The translations under genes and the position numbers were made by a program. A DNA stretch of 55,834 nt from Acidobacteriota bacterium (GTDB taxonomy: Bacteria; Acidobacteriota; Thermoanaerobaculia; UBA5066; Gp7-AA6): contig JBKPBH010000019.1 in assembly GCA_046726795.1 (NCBI GenBank), positions 1 through 55,834 of the forward strand, in the 5' to 3' direction. Position 1 is the first letter of the stretch; each line of letters starts with the position of its first letter. Positions 1-8,395 of the stretch are shown here, piece after piece. The notes beneath the pieces are model-generated. The model did no database searches and was not told the origin of the DNA. It saw only the letters and a list, made by a program, of their open reading frames with translations.

Positions 1-198
1 GAGGAGGCCCCGGCCCCCTCCGAAGTCGCAAGTTGATGTTTGAGAGGCTCGAGCCTCTCACACTCACATCTTCGTCCCTTCCCGCCCCGTTCCTTCCGGT
101 CCTCCGTTCGCGGCGCCACCAGGTGCAGGTCCCGCGTCCCCGGCCCGGTCGCCGGTGCGCCAAAGGCGCAGGTCCCTCGCGAAGCGCTCGCGACGTGT

Positions 199-274
199 TG
201 GCTGGGGCGGGAGGACTCGAACCTCCAGATGCCGGCTCCAAAGGCCGGTGCCTTACCAGTTTGGCGACGCCCCA
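199..274 (-). tRNA. tRNA-Gln (anticodon UUG)
   Basis: The reverse complement is a 76-nt cloverleaf: TGGGGCG-TC-GCC-AAACTGGTAA-GGC-A-CCGGC-CTTTGGA-GCCGG-CATCT-GGAGG-TTCGAGT-CCTCC-CGCCCCA-G-CCA. It has the U1:A72 acceptor pair and 3-bp D stem typical of bacterial tRNA-Gln, anticodon TTG, a canonical T loop and an encoded CCA. Confidence 0.88.
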
Positions 275-444
275 ACGTCTGACGAGAAGAAGATTACCTC
301 GGATTTCGGAGACAGCCTGCTACTTGTTCTCGCCCATGATCGCGGCGCGCGCCGATACCGCTTTGGCTGCAGCAGTCCGAATGAACTTTGGCCCTCAGTC
401 ACGCAACGCTGTCTCACTCGAGAACGCGGACGCCCGAGCGATGG

Positions 445-2454
445 CTAAGGCATCCGCGGAGAGACGCCCCGGGGAGGTGGCGGCGGCGCCACCCGATTGA
501 CCGGGCCCAGGACGGGGAGACTGTCCCACCGCACCACGCTGTTCCCGCTCGTGCCGGCATAAAGCACCGCCGGATGCGAGGCATCGAGACGGAGCGCGAA
601 GACGAAGGGATTCGGAAGCCCAGCGCTGATCGAGGTCCAGGTGGCGGCCGCGTCCGTACTGCGAAACACGCCGGCGCCTCCCGTGCCGGCGTAGATGGTG
701 CCGACAGCCGAGGGATCGAACTGCAGAGCGTAGACGAGATTGCTACCCAGCCCAGAGTTCGCCGCTGTCCAGTTGGCGCCGCTGTCGCGGCTTTGGTAGA
801 CACCGCCGCCGCTCGTTCCCGCGAGCAGGTGGGAATGATCGGCCGGGTCGATTGCGAGGGCATAAACGTAGCTCGACCCGAGCCCGTGGCTCGCGTCGTG
901 CCAGCTCGCGGCGCCGTCGGCGCTTCGAGCGATGCCGCCTCCAGCGGTGCCGGTGTACACGGTTCCCACCGAGCGAGTGTCGATCACGAGCGTCTGAATC
1001 GGCGCAATCGCCAAACCGCTTGCGCTCGGTAGTCCGCTATTGGCCGGAGCCCAGCTGCCGCCGCCGTTCGCACTCTTGAAGAGACCTTTATCGCCGGTCC
1101 CGGCGTAAACGATCTCGGGGTCGTCCGGATCGACGGCGACACTGAAGACGAGGCCTGTCGTCAGACCATCGCTCTTCGGTGTCCACGTCGCTCCGGCGTC
1201 GTCGCTGCGGAAGACTCCGTTCGAGCCGCTCCCGGCGAAGACTCGGTCCGGTGAGACGGGACTGACCGCCAGCGCGGTCAGGAGCCCGACAGGGATGCCC
1301 GCCCAGCTCCGGCCGCGGTCGAGACTGCGGAACCCACCCGAGCTTCCGCCCGCGTAGAGGATGTCCGGATTGGTCGGGTGAAACGCGATCGCGTTGACGG
1401 AAAGCGCCGCCAGGCCGGCGGACGAGCGGGTCCAGTTCTCCCCTGCATCCCCGCTCTTCCAAACGGAGTCCGTAGTTCCCGCGTACAGCACGTCTTTCGA
1501 GACAGAGTCCGCCAGAAGTGCGTTTGCCGTCAGGTCGCGCGCCCGCTGCCAGGAGACGGCGCCGTCGTCGCTGCGATAAATCGTGCCGCCTACGGATGCG
1601 TAGAGGCGTGTCGGAACTCGGGAGTCCTTGGCGAGCGCGTTGACGGTGGTCACGGCTTGGAACCCCGCGTTGGCCGCCGTCCAGCTCCTGCCGCCATCCA
1701 GGCTCCTGAACAGGCCCGCGAAGGCCGGGCTCGCAAGCAGCGTCGTTGGAGGGCCGTATGCGAACAGTCTCTTGATCTGGAGGTTGGCCAATCCGCTGCT
1801 CGCCGCGGTCCAGCTACCGCCGGCGTCCTCGGTGCGAAAAACCCCTCCGTCGGCGCTGCCTGCCCAGAGCCGCGCCGGAAGACTGGGATCGATCGCGAGG
1901 GCCTGAATCGAAAGCTTCGTCAAGCCGGCGTTGACCGCCCGCCAGCCCACGCCGCCGTCGACAGATTTGAAGACGCCTTCGCCGAGGAATTCGAAACCAG
2001 TCGCCGCATAGAGAGTGAAGGGATTGCTCGGATCGACCGCGAACGCGTTGACCGTGCTGGAAACCGGAATGCCACTGTTGACCGCCAGCCAGGGGCCACC
2101 CGAGAGCGGCCTTCGGAAGACGCCGGAGCGCAGCGTGCCCGCGTAGACAGAGTTGTTCGGAGGGCCGGCCACCGCGAGGGCGCGGACGGTCAGATCGGAA
2201 AGGCCGTCGTTGATGGGAGTCCACCGCGACCCGCCATCCCCACTCTCGAAGACGCCCCCGTTTTGCGTGGCGGCGAAGATGAGCCCCGCAGCAGAATCGG
2301 CGGCAAGGGCGAGGACGGACCCGCCATCGGGTCCGATCCCGACCCAGTATCTTTCTGGATCTGGAGAGAAGCTCGTGAAGCCACCCGTGATGAGTGCCGA
2401 CAGGCCCACGCAGGGAGGCAGACACCGGATCAGGCATGCCAGGGGACGAGGCAC
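445..2454 (-). CDS. BNR/Asp-box repeat beta-propeller protein (secreted; sialidase/Ycf48-like fold)
   Basis: ORF 445..2535 carries more than 10 copies of the Asp-box S-x-D-x-G-x-x-W (SGDGGSRWT, SVDGGVGWR, TEDAGGSWT, SLDGGRSWT, KSGDAGENWT, QSRDSGANWT and others). I set the start at in-frame GTG 2454, which gives a hydrophobic N-terminus and has TAGAAT 8 nt upstream on this strand. ATG 2535 is the alternative. Confidence 0.8.
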   Translation of the reverse strand: MPRPLACLIRCLPPCVGLSALITGGFTSFSPDPERYWVGIGPDGGSVLALAADSAAGLIFAATQNGGVFESGDGGSRWTPINDGLSDLTVRALAVAGPPNNSVYAGTLRSGVFRRPLSGGPWLAVNSGIPVSSTVNAFAVDPSNPFTLYAATGFEFLGEGVFKSVDGGVGWRAVNAGLTKLSIQALAIDPSLPARLWAGSADGGVFRTEDAGGSWTAASSGLANLQIKRLFAYGPPTTLLASPAFAGLFRSLDGGRSWTAANAGFQAVTTVNALAKDSRVPTRLYASVGGTIYRSDDGAVSWQRARDLTANALLADSVSKDVLYAGTTDSVWKSGDAGENWTRSSAGLAALSVNAIAFHPTNPDILYAGGSSGGFRSLDRGRSWAGIPVGLLTALAVSPVSPDRVFAGSGSNGVFRSDDAGATWTPKSDGLTTGLVFSVAVDPDDPEIVYAGTGDKGLFKSANGGGSWAPANSGLPSASGLAIAPIQTLVIDTRSVGTVYTGTAGGGIARSADGAASWHDASHGLGSSYVYALAIDPADHSHLLAGTSGGGVYQSRDSGANWTAANSGLGSNLVYALQFDPSAVGTIYAGTGGAGVFRSTDAAATWTSISAGLPNPFVFALRLDASHPAVLYAGTSGNSVVRWDSLPVLGPVNRVAPPPPPRGVSPRMP

Positions 2455-2462
2455 GATTTTGA

Positions 2463-2468
2463 ATTCTA
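2463..2468 (-). promoter_or_regulatory. -10-like hexamer TAGAAT, 8 nt upstream of the BNR gene GTG (predicted leaderless)
   Basis: Plus-strand attcta is TAGAAT on the minus strand. There is no SD between it and GTG 2454, and the patch is AT-rich within a GC-rich divergent intergenic region. Confidence 0.35.
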
Positions 2469-2577
2469 ATGCTCGCCTCGTTTCGAGTCTCGAGCGGCAA
2501 AGCGACGATTCCGAACCCTCTCCGCCTCGGTCCATCTCGAGCGCTCTCTCGTGCTCACCGCGGACTGGCTGATGGCT

Positions 2578-2583
2578 TAGAAT
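2578..2583 (+). promoter_or_regulatory. -10-like hexamer TAGAAT, 8 nt upstream of the prs TTG start
   Basis: TAGAAT is followed by ccctgagc and then TTG 2592. No SD is present. Confidence 0.35.
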
Positions 2584-2591
2584 CCCTGAGC

Positions 2592-3548
2592 TTGACCGCG
2601 AACTTCTCCTACGGCGAACTGAAGATCTTCTCGGGGCGCGCGCATCCGGCGCTCGCTCAGGAGATCTGCCAGTACCTCGGGCTCCCCCTGGGGGAGCTGA
2701 CGCTCTACAACTTCTCCGACGGCGAGGACTACTGCCAGATCGACGAGAACGTGCGTGGCGCCGACGTCTTCGTGGTGCAGCCGACCTGCTCGCCGGTCAA
2801 CGATCACGTCATGGAGCTTCTGATCCTGCTCGACGCGTTCCGCCGCTCTTCGGCGTCGCGGATCACCGCGGTGATGCCCTACTTCGGCTATGCGCGCCAG
2901 GACAAGAAGGACAAGCCGAGGGTCCCGATCGCCGCCAAGCTGATGGCGGACCTGCTGACAGCCTCGGGCGCCGACCGGATCCTGACCATGGACCTCCACT
3001 CCGCCCAGATCCAGGGCTTCTTCAACATCCCCGTGGACCACCTCTTCGCCGCCCCGGTGCTTCTGGACGCGATCCGGGAGATGAACCTGGCCGACCTCGT
3101 CGTCGTCTCTCCGGACGTGGGCGGTGTGGCCCGCGCCCGGGCGATCGGCAAGCGGCTCGGCGCCTCGCTCGCCATCATCGACAAGCGGCGCACCGGCAAG
3201 AACGAGACCGAGGTGCTGAACGTCATCGGCGACGTCGAGGGAAGGAACGTCCTGATCCTGGACGACATCATCGACACGGCGGGCACCCTGATCCAGGCCG
3301 AGGAGGCGTTGCGCGAGCAGGGGGCCCGGAAGACGTTCGCCGCGGCGGTGCACCCCGTCCTTTCGGGCCCGGCGCTGGAGAGGATCGAGGCCTCCCGGCT
3401 GGAGTCTCTGGTCGTCACGAACACGATCCCTCTGGACGCGGCACTGGCCCGCTGCCGGAAGATCCGCTCCCTCTCGATCGCCCCCCTCCTGGGTGAGGCC
3501 ATCCAGCGGATCCACCAGGGGACTTCCGTTTCCTCGCTTTTCGTGTAG
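2592..3548 (+). CDS. prs: ribose-phosphate pyrophosphokinase
   Basis: ORF 2469..3548. The protein aligns by eye to Prs: LKIFSG..HPALAQEI, ENVRGADVFVVQPTC, VMPYFGYARQDKK, DLHSAQIQGFF and the PRPP loop LILDDIIDTAGT. Homology starts about 5 aa after in-frame TTG 2592. ATG 2469 would add about 40 non-homologous aa and overlap the divergent gene. Confidence 0.9.
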   Translation: MTANFSYGELKIFSGRAHPALAQEICQYLGLPLGELTLYNFSDGEDYCQIDENVRGADVFVVQPTCSPVNDHVMELLILLDAFRRSSASRITAVMPYFGYARQDKKDKPRVPIAAKLMADLLTASGADRILTMDLHSAQIQGFFNIPVDHLFAAPVLLDAIREMNLADLVVVSPDVGGVARARAIGKRLGASLAIIDKRRTGKNETEVLNVIGDVEGRNVLILDDIIDTAGTLIQAEEALREQGARKTFAAAVHPVLSGPALERIEASRLESLVVTNTIPLDAALARCRKIRSLSIAPLLGEAIQRIHQGTSVSSLFV

Positions 3549-3590
3549 AATGCCCCGTTTTGCGCGGCCTTCCGCGCGGGGAATAACAGC

Positions 3591-4289
3591 ATGAAAACGA
3601 TCGAGCTCCATGTCGAAAAGCGCCCGGCGGTCGGGAAAAACGAGGCCCGGCGCGCCCGGGCGAAGGGGAGAATCCCGGCCGTCGTCTACGGCTCAAAGAA
3701 GCCGACGATCCCGATCAGCGTGGACCGTAAGGCGCTGTCGGATGCCTTCCGAGGAGGCGCAGGGGAGAACGCGATCTTTCTCCTGAAGCTCGCGGGAAGC
3801 GACCAGGCACGCCACGCCATGATCAAGGACCTCCAGCAGGACCCCGTGTCCCGCAAGGCCCTCCACATCGACTTCCTCCGGATCGAGATGACCTCGAAGA
3901 TCCGGGTGAAGGTCTCCGTCGAGGTCGTCGGCATCGCAGCCGGCGTCAAGACGGAGGGGGGGATCCTGGACTTCGTCACGCGCGAGATCGAAGTCGAGTG
4001 CCTCCCCGGGAACATTCCCAAGCACATGCCGGTGGACGTCACGGCTCTCTCGATCGGGGACGCGCTCCGCGTGTCCCAGCTCGCCGCGCCCGAGGGCGTG
4101 ACGATCGTCGAGGATCCCGAGAAGGTCATCGTGCACGTCACGCATCCGACCGCGGAGAAGGAGCCCGCGGTCGCGGCGGCGGAAGAGGTGCCCGAGATCA
4201 CCGAGCCCGAGGTCCTCAAGAAGGGGAAGGCCGCAACGGAAGAAGAGCCCGAGGAGGAGAAAGAAAAGGAGAAGGGGAAGGAGAAATAG
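3591..4289 (+). CDS. rplY: 50S ribosomal protein L25 / general stress protein Ctc
   Basis: The N-terminus MKTIELHVEKR..GKNEARRARAKGRIPAVVYG is the L25/Ctc signature. The C-terminal tail is acidic and Lys-rich. Its position between prs and pth is the conserved synteny. Confidence 0.9.
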   Translation: MKTIELHVEKRPAVGKNEARRARAKGRIPAVVYGSKKPTIPISVDRKALSDAFRGGAGENAIFLLKLAGSDQARHAMIKDLQQDPVSRKALHIDFLRIEMTSKIRVKVSVEVVGIAAGVKTEGGILDFVTREIEVECLPGNIPKHMPVDVTALSIGDALRVSQLAAPEGVTIVEDPEKVIVHVTHPTAEKEPAVAAAEEVPEITEPEVLKKGKAATEEEPEEEKEKEKGKEK

Positions 4290-4292
4290 AGC

Positions 4293-4895
4293 CTGCGAGC
4301 CATCGTCGGCCTCGGGAATCCGGGCGACCGTTACGAGGAGACGCGCCACAACGCGGGGTTTCGCGTGGTGGAGCGGCTGGCATCGCAGGAAGGGATCCGG
4401 CTCCGGTCGAGAGAATCGCGCTCGCTGGTGGGACGCGGGTCGGTCGAAGGTGTTCGAGTCCTTCTGGCTCTTCCCCAGACCCTGATGAACGCCTCGGGAG
4501 AAGCAGTCGCCGCTCTTTGCAAAAACAACGGCATAGATCCCAAGGACGCCTGCGTCGTCTTCGACGAGGTGGCTCTTCCGCTGGGCACCCTCCGGATGCG
4601 CGCGCTCGGATCGGCGGGAGGGCACAAGGGAATGGCCTCGATTCTCGACACGCTGGGCACGACCGAGATCCCCCGGTTGCGCGTGGGCGTGCGCGGGGAA
4701 CGGTATTCGCGGCAGCGCGACCTGGCCGACTACGTCCTCGAGGCCTTCGGCAGGGAGGAGCGGGATCTCTTCGAGCAGACCGTGGAGAAGGCCGCCGAGA
4801 CCCTCCGAGTCTGGCTTTCCCAGGGGATCCATGCCGCCATGAAACACACGAATACGAAACCTTCCTCTCCGGATCCCGCCTCGGATCCGGATTGA
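4293..4895 (+). CDS. pth: peptidyl-tRNA hydrolase
   Basis: This frame encodes the conserved Pth N-terminus AIVGLGNPGDRYEETRHNAGF upstream of the first canonical start (GTG 4365). The frame opens directly after the L25 stop (TAG 4287-4289). The only candidate initiators there are CTG 4293 and ATC 4302. Confidence 0.8.
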   Translation: MRAIVGLGNPGDRYEETRHNAGFRVVERLASQEGIRLRSRESRSLVGRGSVEGVRVLLALPQTLMNASGEAVAALCKNNGIDPKDACVVFDEVALPLGTLRMRALGSAGGHKGMASILDTLGTTEIPRLRVGVRGERYSRQRDLADYVLEAFGREERDLFEQTVEKAAETLRVWLSQGIHAAMKHTNTKPSSPDPASDPD

Positions 4896-4914
4896 AATCC
4901 ATGAGGAGGAAATC

Positions 4915-5340
4915 ATGAGGCTTTATGACATCGTCGTTCTGATCACCCCGGACCTGAACGAAGAGGACGCCGCCAAGGTGACGGCGGACTACCGCAAGAT
5001 TCTGGCCGACGGGGGCGCCGAGGTCGTCAAGGACGAAACGTGGGGGCGCCGGCGGCTTGCCTACCCGATCGGCCGCAAGCGCGAAGCCTATTACCACCAT
5101 TTCCAGGTCTCGGCCGAACCGGCCCTGATCGCCGAGACCGAGCGCCGGTTGAGGCTGTCCGACCAGGTGCTGAGGCACCTGGCCGTCCGGGCCGACGAGG
5201 AGCAGAAGCGGTCCGCCAAGATGGCCGAGCGGATCCGCAAGAAGACCGCCCGGAGACCGCCCCGGCCTCCGGCCGTGGTCCCTGCGCCGGCTCCCGCGGC
5301 GGCGATGGAAACGGCCGAGCCGGGAAGGAGCGGGTCATGA
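4915..5340 (+). CDS. rpsF: 30S ribosomal protein S6
   Basis: [14 protein letters not shown]...[17 protein letters not shown] is the S6 signature. An SD (GAGGAG) lies upstream. Confidence 0.95.
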   Translation: MRLYDIVVLITPDLNEEDAAKVTADYRKILADGGAEVVKDETWGRRRLAYPIGRKREAYYHHFQVSAEPALIAETERRLRLSDQVLRHLAVRADEEQKRSAKMAERIRKKTARRPPRPPAVVPAPAPAAAMETAEPGRSGS

Positions 5341-5630
5341 GAGGCATGCCGAGCCGTTCGGGCGGACGCGGAGGGTCGAGGGATCGCGAAGGAAAGCCCA
5401 CGGCGCGCAAGAAGTTCTTCGTCCGGCGCCGGAAGGTCTGCAAGTTCTGCGCGGAAAAGCTCGAGTACGTGGACTGGAAGGACGTGAAGCTTCTTCAGTC
5501 CTTCATTCCCGAGCGGGGGAAGATCCTGCCAAGGCGCATCTCGGGCACCTGCGCCTTGCACCAGAGAAAACTCCAGACGGCGATCAAACGCGCGCGCGCC
5601 ATCGCGCTTCTGCCCTACGCCACCGACTGA
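5337..5630 (+). CDS. rpsR: 30S ribosomal protein S18
   Basis: ATG 5337 overlaps the rpsF stop (ATGA) and is preceded by GGAAGGAG. The C-terminal part [45 protein letters not shown] is S18. ORF-track entry 5040..5630 is an N-terminal over-extension. Confidence 0.95.
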   Translation: MRGMPSRSGGRGGSRDREGKPTARKKFFVRRRKVCKFCAEKLEYVDWKDVKLLQSFIPERGKILPRRISGTCALHQRKLQTAIKRARAIALLPYATD

Positions 5631-5642
5631 CCGAACGGAAGC

Positions 5643-5722
5643 CGTGAAACGTAAAGCGTAAAACGTAAAGGGGCCGGAAAATGGCCTATTCCGTTTTACG
5701 CGTTTACGTTTTACGTTTTACG
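5643..5722. repeat. Inverted arrays of CGTAAAR heptamers forming a long AT-rich hairpin (probable terminator after rpsR)
   Basis: cgtgaaa-cgtaaag-cgtaaaa-cgtaaag, then a loop (ggccggaaaatggcctatt), then ttttacg-cg-tttacg-ttttacg-ttttacg. The arms are largely complementary. Confidence 0.7.
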
Positions 5723-5732
5723 AGCCCTATCG

Positions 5733-6719
5733 ATGGCCACCGAGCCGGCGTTCACAACAGGTGAGTCTCAGCGGCCGCCCGGTGGACCGGTCCGGGAGAT
5801 CCTCGTGGCGGCGCTCGTGTCGACCCTGCTCTTCGCCGCGTTCCTCGCCCTCCCGATCGTGGGGGCGCTGGCCTTGCCGTTTCTGCCCGTGCCTGCGGTC
5901 CGCCTCGCTTTCCGGCGGGGCGGCGCCGTGGGGGTCTCGGCCGCGGTCCTTTCGTCGAGTGTTCTGCTCGGGCTCGGTCTGGCGACCGGCGGTTCCGAGG
6001 ACGCCGTCGTTCTGGCCCTCTTCGCCGCGGTCGCGACGGCGCTTCCGGCCCTCTTCGCCGCCGGCATCCGGCGGGGCGGAAACCCCTCGCGGCAGTACCT
6101 CGCGCTCTGCTCGGCGGGGTTCGCGATCCTGGCGTCCGGCCTGGCGATGCGTCCCGCGGCCGGTGGGAAAAGCATGACGCAGGAGATCACGGCGGCGTTC
6201 GACGAGATGGCCCCCGCTGCAGTCCAGTCCTACACGCGCGGGGGAATGGACGCGGAGTCGGTGGCGCGACTGAAGACCACTCTGGCGTCGGCTCGGGATT
6301 TCGCCTCGAAGTTCTGGATCGGATTGGTCGGGGTCTCCTGGATCCTCGCGGCCGGGATCGGGTTCTATACCGGCGCGAGGCTGGCTCGCCCGGAACCCTC
6401 GGCGGAAGCGGCGAGGTTCGACCGACTCTGCGTTCCCGCGGCGGTCGTCGCTCTCTTCGTGGTGGCCGGGGCGGGGGCCGTGCTCGCCCCATCGCCGTGG
6501 AAAGAGGTCGCGGGCAATGCGCTCCTGCCCCTCTCGGCCTTGTATTTCCTGGTCGGGCTCTCTATCATCTGCCACTTCGCCCGGAAGTGGTTCCGGGCGA
6601 GAATTCTCCGCGTCGGTCTTTACGGCCTGGCGCTCTACTTTCCGATCAACGTCGGGGTGGGGCTGCTCGGACTCTTCGACTGGTACGCGGACTTTCGCCG
6701 CCGAGGCGAGAAAGCGTAG
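5733..6719 (+). CDS. polytopic membrane protein, DUF2232/YybS-like
   Basis: 328 aa with multiple hydrophobic helices. It sits between rpsR and rplI, the position occupied by yybS (DUF2232) in Firmicutes. The family call rests on synteny and topology only. Confidence 0.65.
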   Translation: MATEPAFTTGESQRPPGGPVREILVAALVSTLLFAAFLALPIVGALALPFLPVPAVRLAFRRGGAVGVSAAVLSSSVLLGLGLATGGSEDAVVLALFAAVATALPALFAAGIRRGGNPSRQYLALCSAGFAILASGLAMRPAAGGKSMTQEITAAFDEMAPAAVQSYTRGGMDAESVARLKTTLASARDFASKFWIGLVGVSWILAAGIGFYTGARLARPEPSAEAARFDRLCVPAAVVALFVVAGAGAVLAPSPWKEVAGNALLPLSALYFLVGLSIICHFARKWFRARILRVGLYGLALYFPINVGVGLLGLFDWYADFRRRGEKA

Positions 6720-6726
6720 AGGAACG

Positions 6727-7185
6727 ATGAAAGTCATCCTGGCCGACGACGTTCGCGGATTGGGACACCGCGGCGACACCGTCACGGTCAAACCCGGTTA
6801 TGCGCGCAACTATCTCTTTCCCCAGGCGCTCGCTTACGAAGCCACCGACGCGAACGTGCGGAAGCTCGCGGAGCAGAAGAAGACCTACGACGAGAAGATG
6901 CTCCACGAGAAAGCCGGAGCGGAGGCCGTCGCCAAGCAGATCGAGGGGATGACCGTCGTCATCACCAAGAAGGCGGGGGAAGGAGACGTCCTCTACGGGT
7001 CCGTGACGCCCGCGGAGATCGCGGACGCGCTGGCCGAGCGCGGAGTTCAGGTCGACCGGCGGCGGATCGAGGTCGCCGAGCCGATCAAGCGCCTGGGCGA
7101 GCACCGTGTCCACGTCCGGCTCCACCGCGACGTGGCCACCGAGCTCATCGTCGCCGTCCAGCCCATCGCGCCGGTCACGGGGTAG
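6727..7185 (+). CDS. rplI: 50S ribosomal protein L9
   Basis: MKVILADDVRGLGHRGDTVTVKPGYARNYLFPQALA is the L9 N-terminal signature. ATG 6727 lies inside the longer track ORF 6517..7185. Confidence 0.95.
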   Translation: MKVILADDVRGLGHRGDTVTVKPGYARNYLFPQALAYEATDANVRKLAEQKKTYDEKMLHEKAGAEAVAKQIEGMTVVITKKAGEGDVLYGSVTPAEIADALAERGVQVDRRRIEVAEPIKRLGEHRVHVRLHRDVATELIVAVQPIAPVTG

Positions 7186-7188
7186 CGG

Positions 7189-7235
7189 CATCCGGAGCGA
7201 AGCGAGAGATCTGCCCGCTCCGCTCCTCGGGATGG
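7189..7235 (+). terminator. REP-like hairpin downstream of rplI
   Basis: catccGGAGCGaagcgagagatctgccCGCTCCgctcctcgggatg. It contains the GAGCGAAGCGA..GATCTG motif that recurs at 31548-31572 and, inverted, at 31587-31619. Confidence 0.4.
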
Positions 7236-7248
7236 CAGGGCCGGCGCG

Positions 7249-7428
7249 CTAGGAGGCTGTCCGAGTAAGACCCGTCGCGAGCGCGGCGAGGCCGACGCGA
7301 GAGTGGAAGCGCAGAAAAACGGCGCGGAGTCGTAGCAGAGCTACGTCGCACAAGCCGTTTTTCGAGCATTCCGCTCACAGCGAGAGAATCGCCGCGCGCA
7401 GTAGGGGATTACTCGGACAGGCTCCTAG
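7249..7428. repeat. 180-bp element with 20-bp terminal inverted repeats (MITE-like or long structured hairpin)
   Basis: CTAGGAGGCTGTCCGAGTAA (7249-7268) against TTACTCGGACAGGCTCCTAG (7409-7428) is 19/20 complementary. The interior is also partly self-complementary: gcgcggcga/tcgccgcgc, gaaaaacggc/gccgtttttc, cgtag/ctacg. Confidence 0.55.
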
Positions 7429-8390
7429 ACGAGAGGATGCTCGTCGAGAGTCAAGAGCGGCGGGACGTCCGGCTCGGGCGGCGCACGCAGCGAGGCCGCG
7501 GCGGCGGCGGACGCGGCCTCGACGCGATCGTAGAGAGACAGGTACGAGCCCCAGGCAGCGACGCGCACTGCGGGACGAATCGCGAGGACGGCGACCTGCA
7601 GCAGGATGTGAAGCCCGATCGCGGCTGCGGAGACCGCCGGCGCGGTCCACTCGAGCCAGACGCCCGCGAAGAGCAGAGTGCCGCCCAGGATGAGCCAGAA
7701 CAGGAAGAGGCCCAGGGCGCGGAGCCAGCGGCCGGAGAGAATTCTCCGGGCACGCCCGTAGGCGCGCCAGGCTCCCACGCCCGGATCGTCCCGGCGGGCC
7801 GCTCGCGCGAAGTCGTGGAGCAACGAGAAGACCGCGTAGAGGAGAAGGGCTCCGAGGATCGTCAGAATGCGCCAGCCCAGAGCGGGAGTCGCCCCCGGCG
7901 GCGCGTTTTCGAAGGCCTTCTTCGAGACGGCGCGCGTGAACCCCATCCACAGACCGATCGAGGCACCGGCCGCGAGCAGGAAGAGGAGGAAGCACTTCGA
8001 GTTGTGCCACGCGTTTCGTCGCACGCCCGCCACGAACTCCGACGGCGTGAACCCACCGGGCCGGCCGAGCGCGGACACGATCCCTCCCACGACCAGGACC
8101 TGCTGGAAAAGGAGAAGCAAGGCAGCCCATCTCGCGGCGGCGCTCACGCCGGCCACAGCGGGCGCCTTCTCGCGCAGGAAATCCACGACGTCCGTCGCGG
8201 CGAATCGAGGATCGTTCTTCAGGACGTGGTCTCCTCCAAGCGTGCGGCCAAAGGCGTCCGCGAGCGAAGGACCGAGCGGCGCCGCAGCCAGGAGAGACAG
8301 GACGATCGTCGTCGCCGTCAGCAGGAGGACGATCGCCCGGCCGCTTCGAACGGCCGCGAATCCAGCGGAGAGGCTTCCGCGGCCTTCCAT
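7425..8390 (-). CDS. hypothetical polytopic membrane protein
   Basis: ATG 8390 lies 5 nt downstream of the M1 peptidase stop. 322 aa with several hydrophobic helices. The upstream 164 aa of track ORF 7425..8882 overlap the peptidase gene and are Arg/Gly-rich shadow sequence. Confidence 0.6.
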   Translation of the reverse strand: MEGRGSLSAGFAAVRSGRAIVLLLTATTIVLSLLAAAPLGPSLADAFGRTLGGDHVLKNDPRFAATDVVDFLREKAPAVAGVSAAARWAALLLLFQQVLVVGGIVSALGRPGGFTPSEFVAGVRRNAWHNSKCFLLFLLAAGASIGLWMGFTRAVSKKAFENAPPGATPALGWRILTILGALLLYAVFSLLHDFARAARRDDPGVGAWRAYGRARRILSGRWLRALGLFLFWLILGGTLLFAGVWLEWTAPAVSAAAIGLHILLQVAVLAIRPAVRVAAWGSYLSLYDRVEAASAAAAASLRAPPEPDVPPLLTLDEHPLV

Positions 8391-8395
8391 CGGTC

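Noticed and set aside
1-198. Possible 3' end of a plus-strand CDS (frame 1 stops at 34-36), followed by palindrome TGAGAGGCTCGAGCCTCTCA (41-60) acting as a terminator.
   Set aside because: Only 11 codons are visible and all three frames are open for similar lengths, so a CDS cannot be supported. The hairpin is real, but its strand and function are undeterminable from this fragment.
2469-2591. ATG 2469 as the prs start. Similar long N-terminal extensions appear in track ORFs 5040, 6517, 10447, 15360, 21373, 27133, 30507, 32047, 35456, 47121 and 52292.
   Set aside because: The extensions overlap the preceding gene or the divergent promoter region, show no homology, and end where an internal start with an SD, an overlap junction or a -10 box begins the conserved protein.
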